The position numbers and the translations under genes are program-made. Positions 9,299 through 18,402 of a DNA stretch of 38,494 nucleotides are shown piece by piece (the stretch's first letter is position 1; every line of letters begins with the position of its first letter). Under the pieces are notes generated by a model. It was not told where the DNA came from. It did no database searches and saw only the letters and a list, made by a program, of their open reading frames with translations. This DNA comes from a virus (lineage: Duplodnaviria; Caudoviricetes): positions 1 through 38,494 of IMG/VR virus record IMGVR_UViG_3300032103_000069; one strand, given 5' to 3'.

Positions 9299-9781
9299 AT
9301 GAGCGATCTGACTCCCAAGACCATCCTTCTGCGCGGCGATCCGCTCTACGGCGAAGCCCGCGCAACGGCCGAGATTCGGCCGGGGATGGTGATTACCACG
9401 TCCGGCGGTGTCCGGACGATGCGCAATGACCCGACTTGCGCTCCCGCGACGGCGGGTGCCGTGGCGCCCATCGTCGCTCGCGAGAACGACATCGTGGGCA
9501 AGCGGATCGACGACAACTATGCTGTTGGCGACAACGTGCTGTTCATACACTTGCGTCGCGGCGATCAGGTCTACGCTCTGTTGGCGAACGGGGTCAACGT
9601 CGCGGTGGGCGGCGGACTGTCGGTCGGCCCGGGGGGCCTTCTGGTTCTGCCGACGGCGGGATCCGCCACGGGCTCACCGGTGACAGCTGTCACCTTTCCG
9701 ACGGCGATCGTCTTCCGGGCGCTGACGGGGCTCAACAACACGACGGGCTCGCCCGCTCGCATCAAGGTGGAGGTCGTTTGA
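9299..9781 (+). CDS. Capsid decoration/cement protein
   Basis: 160 aa between scaffold and MCP; A...IRPG, E....GK.IDD.YA.GD.V and A.LA.G..V..G..L pattern typical of decoration proteins; AGAGGA RBS. Confidence 0.7.
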   Translation: MSDLTPKTILLRGDPLYGEARATAEIRPGMVITTSGGVRTMRNDPTCAPATAGAVAPIVARENDIVGKRIDDNYAVGDNVLFIHLRRGDQVYALLANGVNVAVGGGLSVGPGGLLVLPTAGSATGSPVTAVTFPTAIVFRALTGLNNTTGSPARIKVEVV

Positions 9782-9783
9782 CC

Positions 9784-10860
9784 ATGAAGAACGATGAATT
9801 CGCACATATCAGCGGCGGAAGCGGCATCCCCCTCCTGATCGGAGCCGACGGGCGCATCAATGTCAATTTGATGCGCCCGTTCATCGACGACGAGGGTCAG
9901 GCCCGGATCGTCACGAACGCCGAGGGCGACAGCCTCGTGGTGAACAACGGGCTGCTCCAGTTCCAGGAATGGCTGGACATCGACCGGACTGTCATCCAGG
10001 CGATGGAGCTGCGGCTGTCTGGGATCACCGATCTCCGTGCGGCGGGCTTGGTCCACAACCTTGGGAGCATCGGCCAGACTGTCACGATGTGGCAGACGGT
10101 TTCTGAGATGTCAGAGGCGAACGTGTCGATGGACGGCGTCGCTGCCGGTGAAGAGGACACGATCCAGTTCGGCACGGCCCAGGTTCCGGTTCCGATCATC
10201 CACAAAGACTGGCGCCTGAACATGCGCCGCCTCCAGGCGAGCCGGATGTTCGGTGAGTCGCTGGACGTGACGGCGGCTTCGGTCGCCGGCTCGCTGGTGG
10301 CTCAAGCCTCGGAGCGGATGCTCTTTGGGGGCGCTCCCATCCGCGTGGACGCTTCGACGATCTACGGGTATCGCACCTTCCCGGCTCGCGAACAGGTGGA
10401 TTTGACGGCGGATTGGCTCACGGCGACTCCGACGGAGATCAAGGCCGACGTCCAGACGATGTTGGCGCGTCTGCGGGCGAACCGCTTCTATGGCCCGTTC
10501 ACCCTGTATATCCCGGGCGACTGGGAGGGAGTGCTGGACGAGTTCTTCGTGCTTGAGGGGAGCGATGGGTCCGACGGGATCGCAGTTCCGGGCCGGACGA
10601 TCCGCGATGTGCTGCTGTCGCTGTCGGGGCTGAACTCGATCAAGGTCGCCGACATGCTGAATGGCGAGAATGAAGCTGTGATGGTGGCTCTGGACCGCCG
10701 GACTGTGGACCTCGCAATCGCGCAGGACGTGACGACCATCTCGTGGCAGGCGATGGGGGGAATGCAGGAACGGTTCAAGACGATGGCTGTCTGGGTCCCC
10801 CGTCTGAAGGCCGACTTCCGGGGTCGCTCGGGGATCGCTCACCTGCGCACGAACCCCTGA
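9784..10860 (+). CDS. Major capsid protein (HK97 fold, linocin/encapsulin-like subtype)
   Basis: EW..ID..V, VP.PIIHKDW.L..R.L.ASR..G.SLD and YGPF.LY motifs; position; strong codon bias. Start set at ATG 9784 rather than 9436. Confidence 0.88.
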   Translation: MKNDEFAHISGGSGIPLLIGADGRINVNLMRPFIDDEGQARIVTNAEGDSLVVNNGLLQFQEWLDIDRTVIQAMELRLSGITDLRAAGLVHNLGSIGQTVTMWQTVSEMSEANVSMDGVAAGEEDTIQFGTAQVPVPIIHKDWRLNMRRLQASRMFGESLDVTAASVAGSLVAQASERMLFGGAPIRVDASTIYGYRTFPAREQVDLTADWLTATPTEIKADVQTMLARLRANRFYGPFTLYIPGDWEGVLDEFFVLEGSDGSDGIAVPGRTIRDVLLSLSGLNSIKVADMLNGENEAVMVALDRRTVDLAIAQDVTTISWQAMGGMQERFKTMAVWVPRLKADFRGRSGIAHLRTNP

Positions 10861-10882
10861 CGGGGGTCGGATGACAGTATTT

Positions 10883-10908
10883 AGAACCCCCCGAATTCGG
10901 GGGGTTCT
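10883..10908 (+). terminator. Perfect 26-bp palindrome after the MCP gene; probable intrinsic terminator or attenuator
   Basis: agaaccccccgaattcggggggttct followed by only a short pyrimidine tail. Confidence 0.65.
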
Positions 10909-10925
10909 TCACACAGGGGGGAAAG

Positions 10926-11225
10926 ATGCCCAAGTTTAAGATTCTCGGCGGCTCGTGGACCCGTGGCACGGGACGCGGCCGGAAGACTTTTGGCAAAGGT
11001 GACGTCGTGGAGTGCTCGGAAGAGTCCGCCAAGGTGTTCGGCCAACAACTTCTGGAGCGGCTGCCCTCGGAGCCCGCAAAGCCCGCTTCTGAAGCTCTTG
11101 GCGCTGCCCCCGCTAGCGCCCCTACCCCTGCGCCCGCCAAGGCGTCAGAGGTCCCAACCAAAGCGTCAGAACCGACGACCAAGCCCGCCCCGGCGCCCAT
11201 GGCCCCCAAGCCCACCAAGAAGTAG
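10926..11225 (+). CDS. Hypothetical virion-associated protein with Pro/Ala/Lys-rich tail
   Basis: Small gene after MCP with a G.F.KGDVVE.....A N-terminal domain, common at this position; RBS GGGGGA. Confidence 0.65.
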   Translation: MPKFKILGGSWTRGTGRGRKTFGKGDVVECSEESAKVFGQQLLERLPSEPAKPASEALGAAPASAPTPAPAKASEVPTKASEPTTKPAPAPMAPKPTKK

Positions 11226-11232
11226 GTGACCC

Positions 11233-11595
11233 ATGCTTCCGATCACTGCGGCCGAGGTCCAGGCTCTTCTCAATACCCCCTTCTCTGAGCCTGACCTCTT
11301 GTCGTCAATCGAGGAGGCGGCACTCCTTCTCGGGGACTGTGGTAATCAGTATGACGACAGCCGACGCCGAGTGATCATCAAGTGGCTCGCTGGACACCTC
11401 CTGACCAGCCGCCTGTCCGCTGCTCGTGGCAACCTGAAATCCGAGTCAATTGACGGGATTTCTTACACGACAAATACGGCCCAAGTCGGGATGGGCCTGA
11501 AAGGGACGGCACTCGGGCAAATGGCCTTGTCGTTCGACAAGAACGGATGCCTCCAAGATTTGGATCGCCCGGCTGTCGTGTTCATGGCGATCTGA
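11233..11595 (+). CDS. Head-tail adaptor (connector) protein
   Basis: I.KWLAGH.L, SESI.G.S.T and L..T..GQ.A...D..GCL motifs typical of adaptors; position. Confidence 0.75.
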   Translation: MLPITAAEVQALLNTPFSEPDLLSSIEEAALLLGDCGNQYDDSRRRVIIKWLAGHLLTSRLSAARGNLKSESIDGISYTTNTAQVGMGLKGTALGQMALSFDKNGCLQDLDRPAVVFMAI

Positions 11596-12293
11596 TGCTT
11601 CCCCATTCTTTCCACCTGAATCAGACAATGACAAGATGGCCCCGAGTCGGGATGACGTTCGGGAGTCCGATCTTGTTCTCCCAGAACTCGCCGACGGGTG
11701 GCGTCAGGTGGATGCCAATTCGAAAGAACAAGTTCACAAGTGAAGAGGAGCGGATGTCCGCGCCGACGATGAGCGTGATCCTCGGGACGGCGGTCGCTGT
11801 CGGGGATGTCGTCGCGCGGGGGGCCTTTGTGGGGAATCCGTGGACTGCAGCCGAGCCCTACGAGGTAACCGAATATCGGGAAACGGACTCACTGATAGGA
11901 AGCGGAACCGTCAAGCGGGCGACATGCGCTCCGCTGTTCGGAGTCCTTCACCAAACAATCCTGGTCTATCGGATGGTTCGCACCGACACTGTTCGGTCGT
12001 TTACGGTCGCCCGTCACCCGACTGTGGCCTATAACGGACCTGCGTCCGTCCGAGTGCTGAACGCGAATCAAGTGTCCTCGGTGGGCTCCATGGTTCTTCA
12101 GCACGATTGCGTCGTGACAATCCCGATGGTCAATGGGCTGCTGTTCGCCGCCGAAGCATATGAGATAGACTGGAACGGCCCATATGGTCAGATGACTATC
12201 GAAACTTTGGGGCCGACCTATAGCGATCAGCAGTCCCCTTTCTGGCAGACTATCGCCGGAAAGATCCGGCGTCCGGCAGTGGGTTCGACGTGA
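11595..12293 (+). CDS. Head-closure (stopper) protein, double length, apparently two domains
   Basis: ATG overlaps the adaptor stop (TGATG); 232 aa, about twice the usual stopper size; two beta-rich halves each starting with an L.QT motif (LNQTMTRW / LHQTILVYR). Confidence 0.6.
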   Translation: MLPHSFHLNQTMTRWPRVGMTFGSPILFSQNSPTGGVRWMPIRKNKFTSEEERMSAPTMSVILGTAVAVGDVVARGAFVGNPWTAAEPYEVTEYRETDSLIGSGTVKRATCAPLFGVLHQTILVYRMVRTDTVRSFTVARHPTVAYNGPASVRVLNANQVSSVGSMVLQHDCVVTIPMVNGLLFAAEAYEIDWNGPYGQMTIETLGPTYSDQQSPFWQTIAGKIRRPAVGST

Positions 12294-12700
12294 GGCAGGT
12301 TCGCTTTGTCACAAGGCTGCCGGAAGTTAATGATACGATCAAGAAGGAGCTGATCAGTAGGCTTTTCGCTGCGACGCTTGTCTGGCGAGGCGCGGTTGTC
12401 CGTAAGATGCAAGGTCCGAAGTCTGGGAAGTTCTATCGGGTTCCAACAACCGGAGTCATGTATCAAGCGTCTGCTCCCGGCGAATCCCCCGCTATCCGCG
12501 AAGGTCTTCTTCGCGTCAGCTATGGCACCGACGTTGACAAGGAAGAACTGATCGGATTCATGGGCACCGATCTGGATTACGGGCTTTACCTGGAGCGTGG
12601 AACCGTTCACATGGAACCCCGTCCGGTTATCGAGCCTGCATTCATGGACGTCAAAGACCAGATTACCGATCTGATGAAGGGGCCGATCCGTGGAAACTGA
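12290..12700 (+). CDS. HK97 gp10-like tail completion/neck protein
   Basis: ASAPGESPA.R.G.L..S and YG.YLE.GT..M.PRP...PA motifs. Confidence 0.85.
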   Translation: MRQVRFVTRLPEVNDTIKKELISRLFAATLVWRGAVVRKMQGPKSGKFYRVPTTGVMYQASAPGESPAIREGLLRVSYGTDVDKEELIGFMGTDLDYGLYLERGTVHMEPRPVIEPAFMDVKDQITDLMKGPIRGN

Positions 12701-13088
12701 GTTCGCGACAGCCCTTGCGCTTCACCTGACCGCTGAGTTGGCCCCCCTGAAGCCTTTGGAGCGGTCTGCGGTGTATGCTCGCGGGGGGCCTGTCAACGGT
12801 CAGGTGACCTACGCGATCTCTTACGGAACGACCGGAGTTGTCAAAAGCAGGGTGATCTCCGTGACGGTGGATGTCGACATCTGGCATCAAGGTCCCGACT
12901 CTTCGCAGGCCGAGGATCTTGCGAGTCTTGTCGAACAATCCCTGATCGGCTGGTCCGTTAAGACTGTTCGGCAGGGGTCGGTTCGAATTAGCGGGTTTTC
13001 CAGGGCCTATATCAACGATCTGGAACCCAAGTTGTCTCACATCACAATGCGCTTCGATGGGCGCGCTTTCAGGAGGCTGGAACAGTGA
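12690..13088 (+). CDS. Tail terminator protein
   Basis: 132 aa just before the major tail gene; VDIW....S...A..LA..V...L pattern and C-terminal H..MRF. Confidence 0.7.
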   Translation: METEFATALALHLTAELAPLKPLERSAVYARGGPVNGQVTYAISYGTTGVVKSRVISVTVDVDIWHQGPDSSQAEDLASLVEQSLIGWSVKTVRQGSVRISGFSRAYINDLEPKLSHITMRFDGRAFRRLEQ

Positions 13089-13903
13089 GCGGAATCACGA
13101 ACAGGACGTGGGAAAGTATGATCGTGGACGCAGGCGTCGTCTATGTCAACTTCGGTGAACCCGACGAAGCGATTCTCGGTGCGACGAACGGTGGTGTCAC
13201 CTTCGGGTGGGAAGCCATGAACATCCGGACCCCTGAAATCGATGGCTTGAAGGGCCGACTCAAGGGTGCCAGCCGGATCACCGAAGCGAGCCCTCAGATG
13301 GTCGTCAACCTTGTGGAGTGGCACGAGGAAGCGATCCTTGCGGCTTTTCCTGGAGTCGCGGTGCAGACGATCAGTGGCCGGAGGCACATCACCCGCACCA
13401 CGAGGGTTATCGCCCCCACAGATTACCCGGTCAACATCGCGATGGTCGGGAAGCTGTCGTCGGGTGAAGACGTGATCGTCATTCTGAAGAACCCGATGGT
13501 GGTCAGCGGGGCCGAGATCCCGACGGCCGACGACACCGAGGCGACCACGTCGCTGACGTTTGTCGGGCACTATGACCCGGACGACATCGAGGAAGAGCCG
13601 TGGGAGATTATCATTCCGGGCAACACCACGGTCACGCTCCAGCGGCTGCGGATCCCGGCTTCTGCGACCATTGCCAGTGGCGCAGCTTCGACGACCGTTG
13701 TGGCCGCGATCTCCGGCATCACGTCCGGTTCCACGGTCTCTTCGTTGGATGGTCGGTTCGAAGTGTTTTCGGGCAACTTGCGCCGGACGGCTTCGGGGTC
13801 GCTGTCGGCGGGCGTCGTCAACGTCGTTTTGGTTGAAGTGTTGGCCGGAGCCACGAACACTCCGAAAGCGTCGCAGGTCTCTGTGACGGTCACAGCCCCG
13901 TAA
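13085..13903 (+). CDS. Major tail (tube) protein with C-terminal Ig/cadherin-like extension
   Basis: IVDAGVVYVNFG..DE..LGAT.GG..F, R..EIDG..G..KG and F.GHYD......PWEI motifs, then a ~90 aa Thr/Ser/Val-rich beta domain. Confidence 0.85.
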   Translation: MSGITNRTWESMIVDAGVVYVNFGEPDEAILGATNGGVTFGWEAMNIRTPEIDGLKGRLKGASRITEASPQMVVNLVEWHEEAILAAFPGVAVQTISGRRHITRTTRVIAPTDYPVNIAMVGKLSSGEDVIVILKNPMVVSGAEIPTADDTEATTSLTFVGHYDPDDIEEEPWEIIIPGNTTVTLQRLRIPASATIASGAASTTVVAAISGITSGSTVSSLDGRFEVFSGNLRRTASGSLSAGVVNVVLVEVLAGATNTPKASQVSVTVTAP

Positions 13904-13918
13904 CGATCAGGAGCCGCT

Positions 13919-14266
13919 ATGATCAGGACCCGTAAACTAACCGGAAAGGACGTCCGCTTCTTGGCGCGCGTCCTTTCCAAGAGCATCGGCACGTCGCTGG
14001 AGAAGCTCAGAGACTCGCCGCCAACTGTCGACAAGACGCAAATCGGCATCCATTTGTTCGCAGCGGTTCTCGCCGACAACGTCGATGTCATCTGGGAGTG
14101 GCTCGCGTCTGTCGCCCTCATGTCACCGGAAGAGCTGGATGAGGCGCCTCCGGTGACGCCGATCCATATCATCAAGTCCTTGGAGGGGGATGAAGGGGTC
14201 ATGGATTTTTTCGCCTCTGTCTCGGAGCTTCTTCCGGCGAAGCCCGAAAAACTGCCCGGTCTTTGA
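13919..14266 (+). CDS. Tail assembly chaperone (gpG-like)
   Basis: Between major tail protein and tape measure; ends near a DFF-encoding slippery site. Confidence 0.8.
   Translation: MIRTRKLTGKDVRFLARVLSKSIGTSLEKLRDSPPTVDKTQIGIHLFAAVLADNVDVIWEWLASVALMSPEELDEAPPVTPIHIIKSLEGDEGVMDFFASVSELLPAKPEKLPGL
14206..14212 (+). other. -1 programmed ribosomal frameshift slippery heptamer T TTT TTC
   Basis: In-frame GAT TTT TTC. The -1 frame is open from here (FRLCLGASSGEARKTARSLTKIWD...) into ORF 14263-14586. Confidence 0.8.
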
Positions 14267-14586
14267 CGAAGATCTGGGACCGGGTGGCATTCAGATACGG
14301 AGTGCCGCCGACACTCGTTGACGACATGACCCCTGCCCAAATCATCACTGCGCTGGAGGGGCATGAAGAGGATGAACGCCACCAATTCATCCTCGCAGCG
14401 TTCCCGGTCTGGCTGGAGTCGGGCAAGAAAGGCGAGTCCTTCCCGACTTTCGTTTCCAAGCTAGGGCTCGGCGATAAGAAGAATCCCCCCCACAGCCGAG
14501 GGGGGCGCATGACGAAGGCTCAGCTGAATGAGCTTTACGGCAAGGCGGCTGCGATCAAGCGGACGTATCTGGAGACCCGCAAATGA
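14263..14586 (+). CDS. Tail assembly chaperone frameshift extension (gpT-like)
   Basis: In the -1 frame relative to gpG; weak TTG start; D..A.RYG......D.M pattern typical of gpT. Confidence 0.72.
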   Translation: MTKIWDRVAFRYGVPPTLVDDMTPAQIITALEGHEEDERHQFILAAFPVWLESGKKGESFPTFVSKLGLGDKKNPPHSRGGRMTKAQLNELYGKAAAIKRTYLETRK

Positions 14587-16475
14587 GCATGAGACTCTTC
14601 ACCGCTTTCGGGGAAGTGGCGTTCCGTGGAATGGACACGGTAGCTCGCGGACTTCGCCAATTCGAAGCGGTGGGGAGGCAGGTCCAAGAAAGTCTAGATC
14701 GAATCGGATCGTCAGCTGAATATGCGGGCAGGACGTTGTCGGGCAGCATCACAGCCCCGATCCTCGCAGCGGCTACGGCGGCCAGTGCTCTGTCGCTCCG
14801 GACGATTGGCCTTGTTCGTGATCTGAGGAACACGGCTCGGGCGCTGAACCTCACTGCGTCTGAGCTTCAGCGGCTCAGGCTCGGCCTTCGGGGGGTTTTG
14901 GACGAGGCTCAGGTGGATGGCTTGTTCGAAAACCTGAACAGGGGTATCAACGAATTCGTAGCGACCGGCGCTGGTCAGTTCGCGGATTTCTTTGAAAATA
15001 TCGGTCGTCGGTATGGTATCACTGCCGAGCGGATGGCGAGAGCCACCCCGACGGAGCAGCTTGAGACCATGTTTCGTGCTGTTATGCGAAGCAGCCGTTC
15101 ATTTGAACACTTCAGAGCTCAGCTCCAGGCTCTCGGCCCTGAATATGCTGCGATGGCTCAGGAATACTGGGACCACGGAAACGAGATGTTTGACCGAGTT
15201 GAGGCTCGGGCTGCGGAGCATCCGGCTGCGGTCTCGGAAAATTTGATCCAGCTTTCGGAGGAGTGGGATCGTCGGTGGGGCCAAATGGCGGGCGTCGCAA
15301 CCGGCTGGTCAAACCGGATCTCTGAAACCACGATCCCGGTGATGATCACTCTTTTGGATTTGTTTGAACAGCGAGGTATCCCTGTCATTGAAAAACTGAT
15401 CGGCTACGTCGAGCAGATGTCCGAATGGTTCTTGTCTATGGACTCCGAGACGCAGGCGTGGACGATCTCCGTCGTTGGGCTGGTCGCCGTGGTCGGACCG
15501 CTGCTCGTGATTCTTGGTGGCCTCATAAGCGTCATCGGAATCGCAGTTAAAGCTCTTGTGAAGATTGGCAGCGGCTTCCTGAGGCTCGGGGGGGTATTCG
15601 TCGCAGCGGCCGGATACCTCAGGCCTCTTGTCGTGGCGATTGCCTCTGGGATGGGAACCATCGCCGGTCTGGTTGCGCGGGCAGTTCTAACGGTGACATC
15701 GTTGATCCTGTCTGTCGGTTCGGTGTTCGCCAGAGCGATTCCATTCGTGGTGTCGTTCATCGCCAGATTCACACCCATCGGAGCGGCTTTCGCGGCTGGA
15801 TACGCGGCTGGCCTCCTCCTCGTGGAAGCCGTGAGGAGGTTGATTGACATCGGCCTCCAAGTTGGGCCGGCGATCATTGGGGCTGGGCAATCGGTTCTGT
15901 CTTTTTTCTCCAAAATGGCGTCAGAGATCGGGTCGTTGGTCAGTGGATGGGCATCCTCTGCCATGGTGGGTGCGACTCAGATGGCCCGGTCCATCTGGAA
16001 CGCGGTCAGTGGTCTTCCGTCTCAGTTCCTGGCTCTTGGGGCGAGAGTCGGGCAGGCGATGATTGACGGGCTCTCGATTCTACCTTCTGTGGTAATGGGC
16101 ATTATCAGCCACATGGCAGAAAGCGTCACGGCCCGAGTTCGGCAACTGGCATCCGACATCGGATCGACCCTCCAGCGCCTCTATGATCGTGTTGTCGGCA
16201 ACTCTATCATCCCAGACATGGCGTCCGAGGTGGTGGACGAGATTGGGTCCATGGCCGATGGCTCCATTCGAGAAACGCGCCGGATGAGATCCGGCATGAT
16301 CCAACAGATGCCTGAAAGACCCGACTTCAGACCCCCCGCGTCCAGTGCCAGTGGGGGGCAACCGGCTGGGGGCTCTGTGGTCTTCGATCTTCGGCACGCG
16401 ATTTTTCGAGACGACAGAGACATGGTTAATCGCGCAAGGCTTTCGGGCGCGCTCCCGACAGGGGTGTTCGGATGA
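14583..16475 (+). CDS. Tape measure protein
   Basis: 630 aa, Ala/Gly-rich helical with a hydrophobic central segment; C-terminal VVGNSIIPDM motif; position. Confidence 0.9.
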   Translation: MSMRLFTAFGEVAFRGMDTVARGLRQFEAVGRQVQESLDRIGSSAEYAGRTLSGSITAPILAAATAASALSLRTIGLVRDLRNTARALNLTASELQRLRLGLRGVLDEAQVDGLFENLNRGINEFVATGAGQFADFFENIGRRYGITAERMARATPTEQLETMFRAVMRSSRSFEHFRAQLQALGPEYAAMAQEYWDHGNEMFDRVEARAAEHPAAVSENLIQLSEEWDRRWGQMAGVATGWSNRISETTIPVMITLLDLFEQRGIPVIEKLIGYVEQMSEWFLSMDSETQAWTISVVGLVAVVGPLLVILGGLISVIGIAVKALVKIGSGFLRLGGVFVAAAGYLRPLVVAIASGMGTIAGLVARAVLTVTSLILSVGSVFARAIPFVVSFIARFTPIGAAFAAGYAAGLLLVEAVRRLIDIGLQVGPAIIGAGQSVLSFFSKMASEIGSLVSGWASSAMVGATQMARSIWNAVSGLPSQFLALGARVGQAMIDGLSILPSVVMGIISHMAESVTARVRQLASDIGSTLQRLYDRVVGNSIIPDMASEVVDEIGSMADGSIRETRRMRSGMIQQMPERPDFRPPASSASGGQPAGGSVVFDLRHAIFRDDRDMVNRARLSGALPTGVFG

Positions 16476-18004
16476 CTTTGGCGCATGTAAGCCAGACCTG
16501 CACCATTGCCGGAAGAGCCTATCGAGTCCACGGATCTAGTGTTGAATATTCCCTGAATTCTGTGCCCCGAATCCAGTTCGCTGTTGATGCCGATGCGAAC
16601 ACCCTGGAGCCTATTCCCCGATTCGGAGAAGAAGTGGTTCTGACTCAAATCGGCGACGGGGCGCAAGTGTTTCGCGGAACGATCGTCGATCTGGCTCCTA
16701 TCCGGGGCTCAAACTTCACTCAGTATTTGGTGGGGGCTGAGGGCCTAACGGGCCTTGCGGCGTATCGTCGGTTCCTGGACATCGTTCCAGCCGGTTCGGC
16801 GTCTTCAGTGATTTCGGCTATCTGGAATCTCTACGGACCCCCTACCGTCAATTTCCTATATGACCCATCCACTGACGATCTGGGCCTAGGAGAGTATGCC
16901 AGCACCTACGGATCAGTCTCCGACTTTCTAAACTTTGTCACGAACTCTACGGCCCTCGCGTGGCGAGACGAGGGGAATGTGATCAGAGTGTTGGACCCGG
17001 AGTCGCAACCCCTCGGAGCCGAGATTACTCAGCGAGACTTTGCCAAAGGGTCTCTACGGGCGAACTATTCTGGTGCCAGCGTCTTTAATCTGGCGCGGAC
17101 TCAGGCATGGGAGTTCACAACCGTCCAGTTCAACAACCCGATGATGCCGGAGGACGTTCGCCGGAGAGCTTGGGACACAGTTCAGGTCCTATACTGCGCG
17201 ACGAGGTTCAAAGGACCTCCGACGATTGCCGGGTTGTCGTATGATCAGTGGGAGTTTGTGAATGGCCGAGTCGTTCGAGGCAGGGTGGCGGAGTCCAATA
17301 CTCCACTAAGTCAGATTGAAGTGTCGTTTGACGAGGGTGAAAAAGCCGTCACGACAAGCCTCGGCCTTCTGGCTTCTCCGGGCGAAGGGGTTATCGGATT
17401 CACTTCCAGTGTCCTCGTGGAAGGCATCTTCCGGCGTCCAGTCTGGGTGGAAGCGGGTCGCCAGGATTCCATCACTCGATACGGTCTCAGAGAATCTCCA
17501 GTTTTGCCAAACGGCGGGGACATGGACGTCTCGCAGGCGTTGGATCATCTGGAAAACTTCCTTAACCTTGTTTCGCATCCTCCACTGGAGGTGTCGGGGG
17601 AGTATCTTCGGACCGACATTCGTCCTGGGGAGCGTCGGCGGCTGGACCTCCCAGATCTGGGGGTGTCTGGGACGTTTGTCGTAGAGCGAGTCCGTAGAAC
17701 GCATGGCGGGAACATGCTCCAGGTGGAAGCGGTGTTCCGAGAGCTGGTAGCGATCGCCGGGGGCCGAGAAGTTCGGCCCCTGTCTTCGAAGCCCGACCCT
17801 CTACCAGAGGTCCTGAAGCGGCTGGAACGCTTGGAGGGAACTAGGCTAGACGTCACCTCCCACCTCGGAACGGTCTGGCTCCCCGGAGGCGAGCAGGGGG
17901 GTCCGATTGGTTCTCTGGCCAGGTTCGAAGGGGGAGTCGGCTGGTCTGGTGAGTTTGAAGCTGAAATGATTGTCGGCAGCCTGCTGCTCAGGGAGGACTT
18001 CTAA
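16472..18004 (+). CDS. Tail tip/baseplate hub protein
   Basis: Follows the TMP; VF.G.I, S...YG.RE and IRPG....L.LP.LG..G.F.V..V hub-like motifs. Confidence 0.7.
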   Translation: MTLAHVSQTCTIAGRAYRVHGSSVEYSLNSVPRIQFAVDADANTLEPIPRFGEEVVLTQIGDGAQVFRGTIVDLAPIRGSNFTQYLVGAEGLTGLAAYRRFLDIVPAGSASSVISAIWNLYGPPTVNFLYDPSTDDLGLGEYASTYGSVSDFLNFVTNSTALAWRDEGNVIRVLDPESQPLGAEITQRDFAKGSLRANYSGASVFNLARTQAWEFTTVQFNNPMMPEDVRRRAWDTVQVLYCATRFKGPPTIAGLSYDQWEFVNGRVVRGRVAESNTPLSQIEVSFDEGEKAVTTSLGLLASPGEGVIGFTSSVLVEGIFRRPVWVEAGRQDSITRYGLRESPVLPNGGDMDVSQALDHLENFLNLVSHPPLEVSGEYLRTDIRPGERRRLDLPDLGVSGTFVVERVRRTHGGNMLQVEAVFRELVAIAGGREVRPLSSKPDPLPEVLKRLERLEGTRLDVTSHLGTVWLPGGEQGGPIGSLARFEGGVGWSGEFEAEMIVGSLLLREDF

Positions 18005-18402
18005 TGGCCAAGATGATCACTCGCGGAACATGGATTTCAGAAGGCCCTCAGAAGAGAAGGTTCAAAAATCAGCTTCAGCAAGCGGCTTTCGACATGATTG
18101 GGTCATTTTTCGTGAATTCCCAAGGTCCGCGCCCGACGGTCATTGGTTTGGCTGATTCTACGGGCGAGATCTTCGTGTTTCGGCAAGCCTCATTCTCGTT
18201 CGAACCCCCCAGGACCGGGGTCGGAGTCACCATCACTGGAGTGGCGGCTTTCGGCGCGAACGAAGTCACTGAGGACGTTCATTTTTTAATTCTCGGAGAC
18301 AATGAGGGGAACGTCCTCGCGGAAACCCCTGTTGTTCCTCCGTTTCCGGCAAGCCGGGGCCTCAGGGTCACCAGAACCGACTTCTTCGAAGAGGTCCCTT
18401 GA
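18004..18402 (+). CDS. Putative baseplate/tail-fibre attachment protein
   Basis: TAATG coupling; beta-rich 132 aa with KN......, F..NE..., L.D..G.VLA pattern. Confidence 0.5.
   Translation: MAKMITRGTWISEGPQKRRFKNQLQQAAFDMIGSFFVNSQGPRPTVIGLADSTGEIFVFRQASFSFEPPRTGVGVTITGVAAFGANEVTEDVHFLILGDNEGNVLAETPVVPPFPASRGLRVTRTDFFEEVP

Noticed and set aside
9436-9783. 116-codon N-terminal extension of the major capsid ORF overlapping the decoration gene
   Set aside because: Arg/Gly-rich shadow translation of a GC-rich gene; a good GGAGG RBS precedes ATG 9784; no slippery site noticed.
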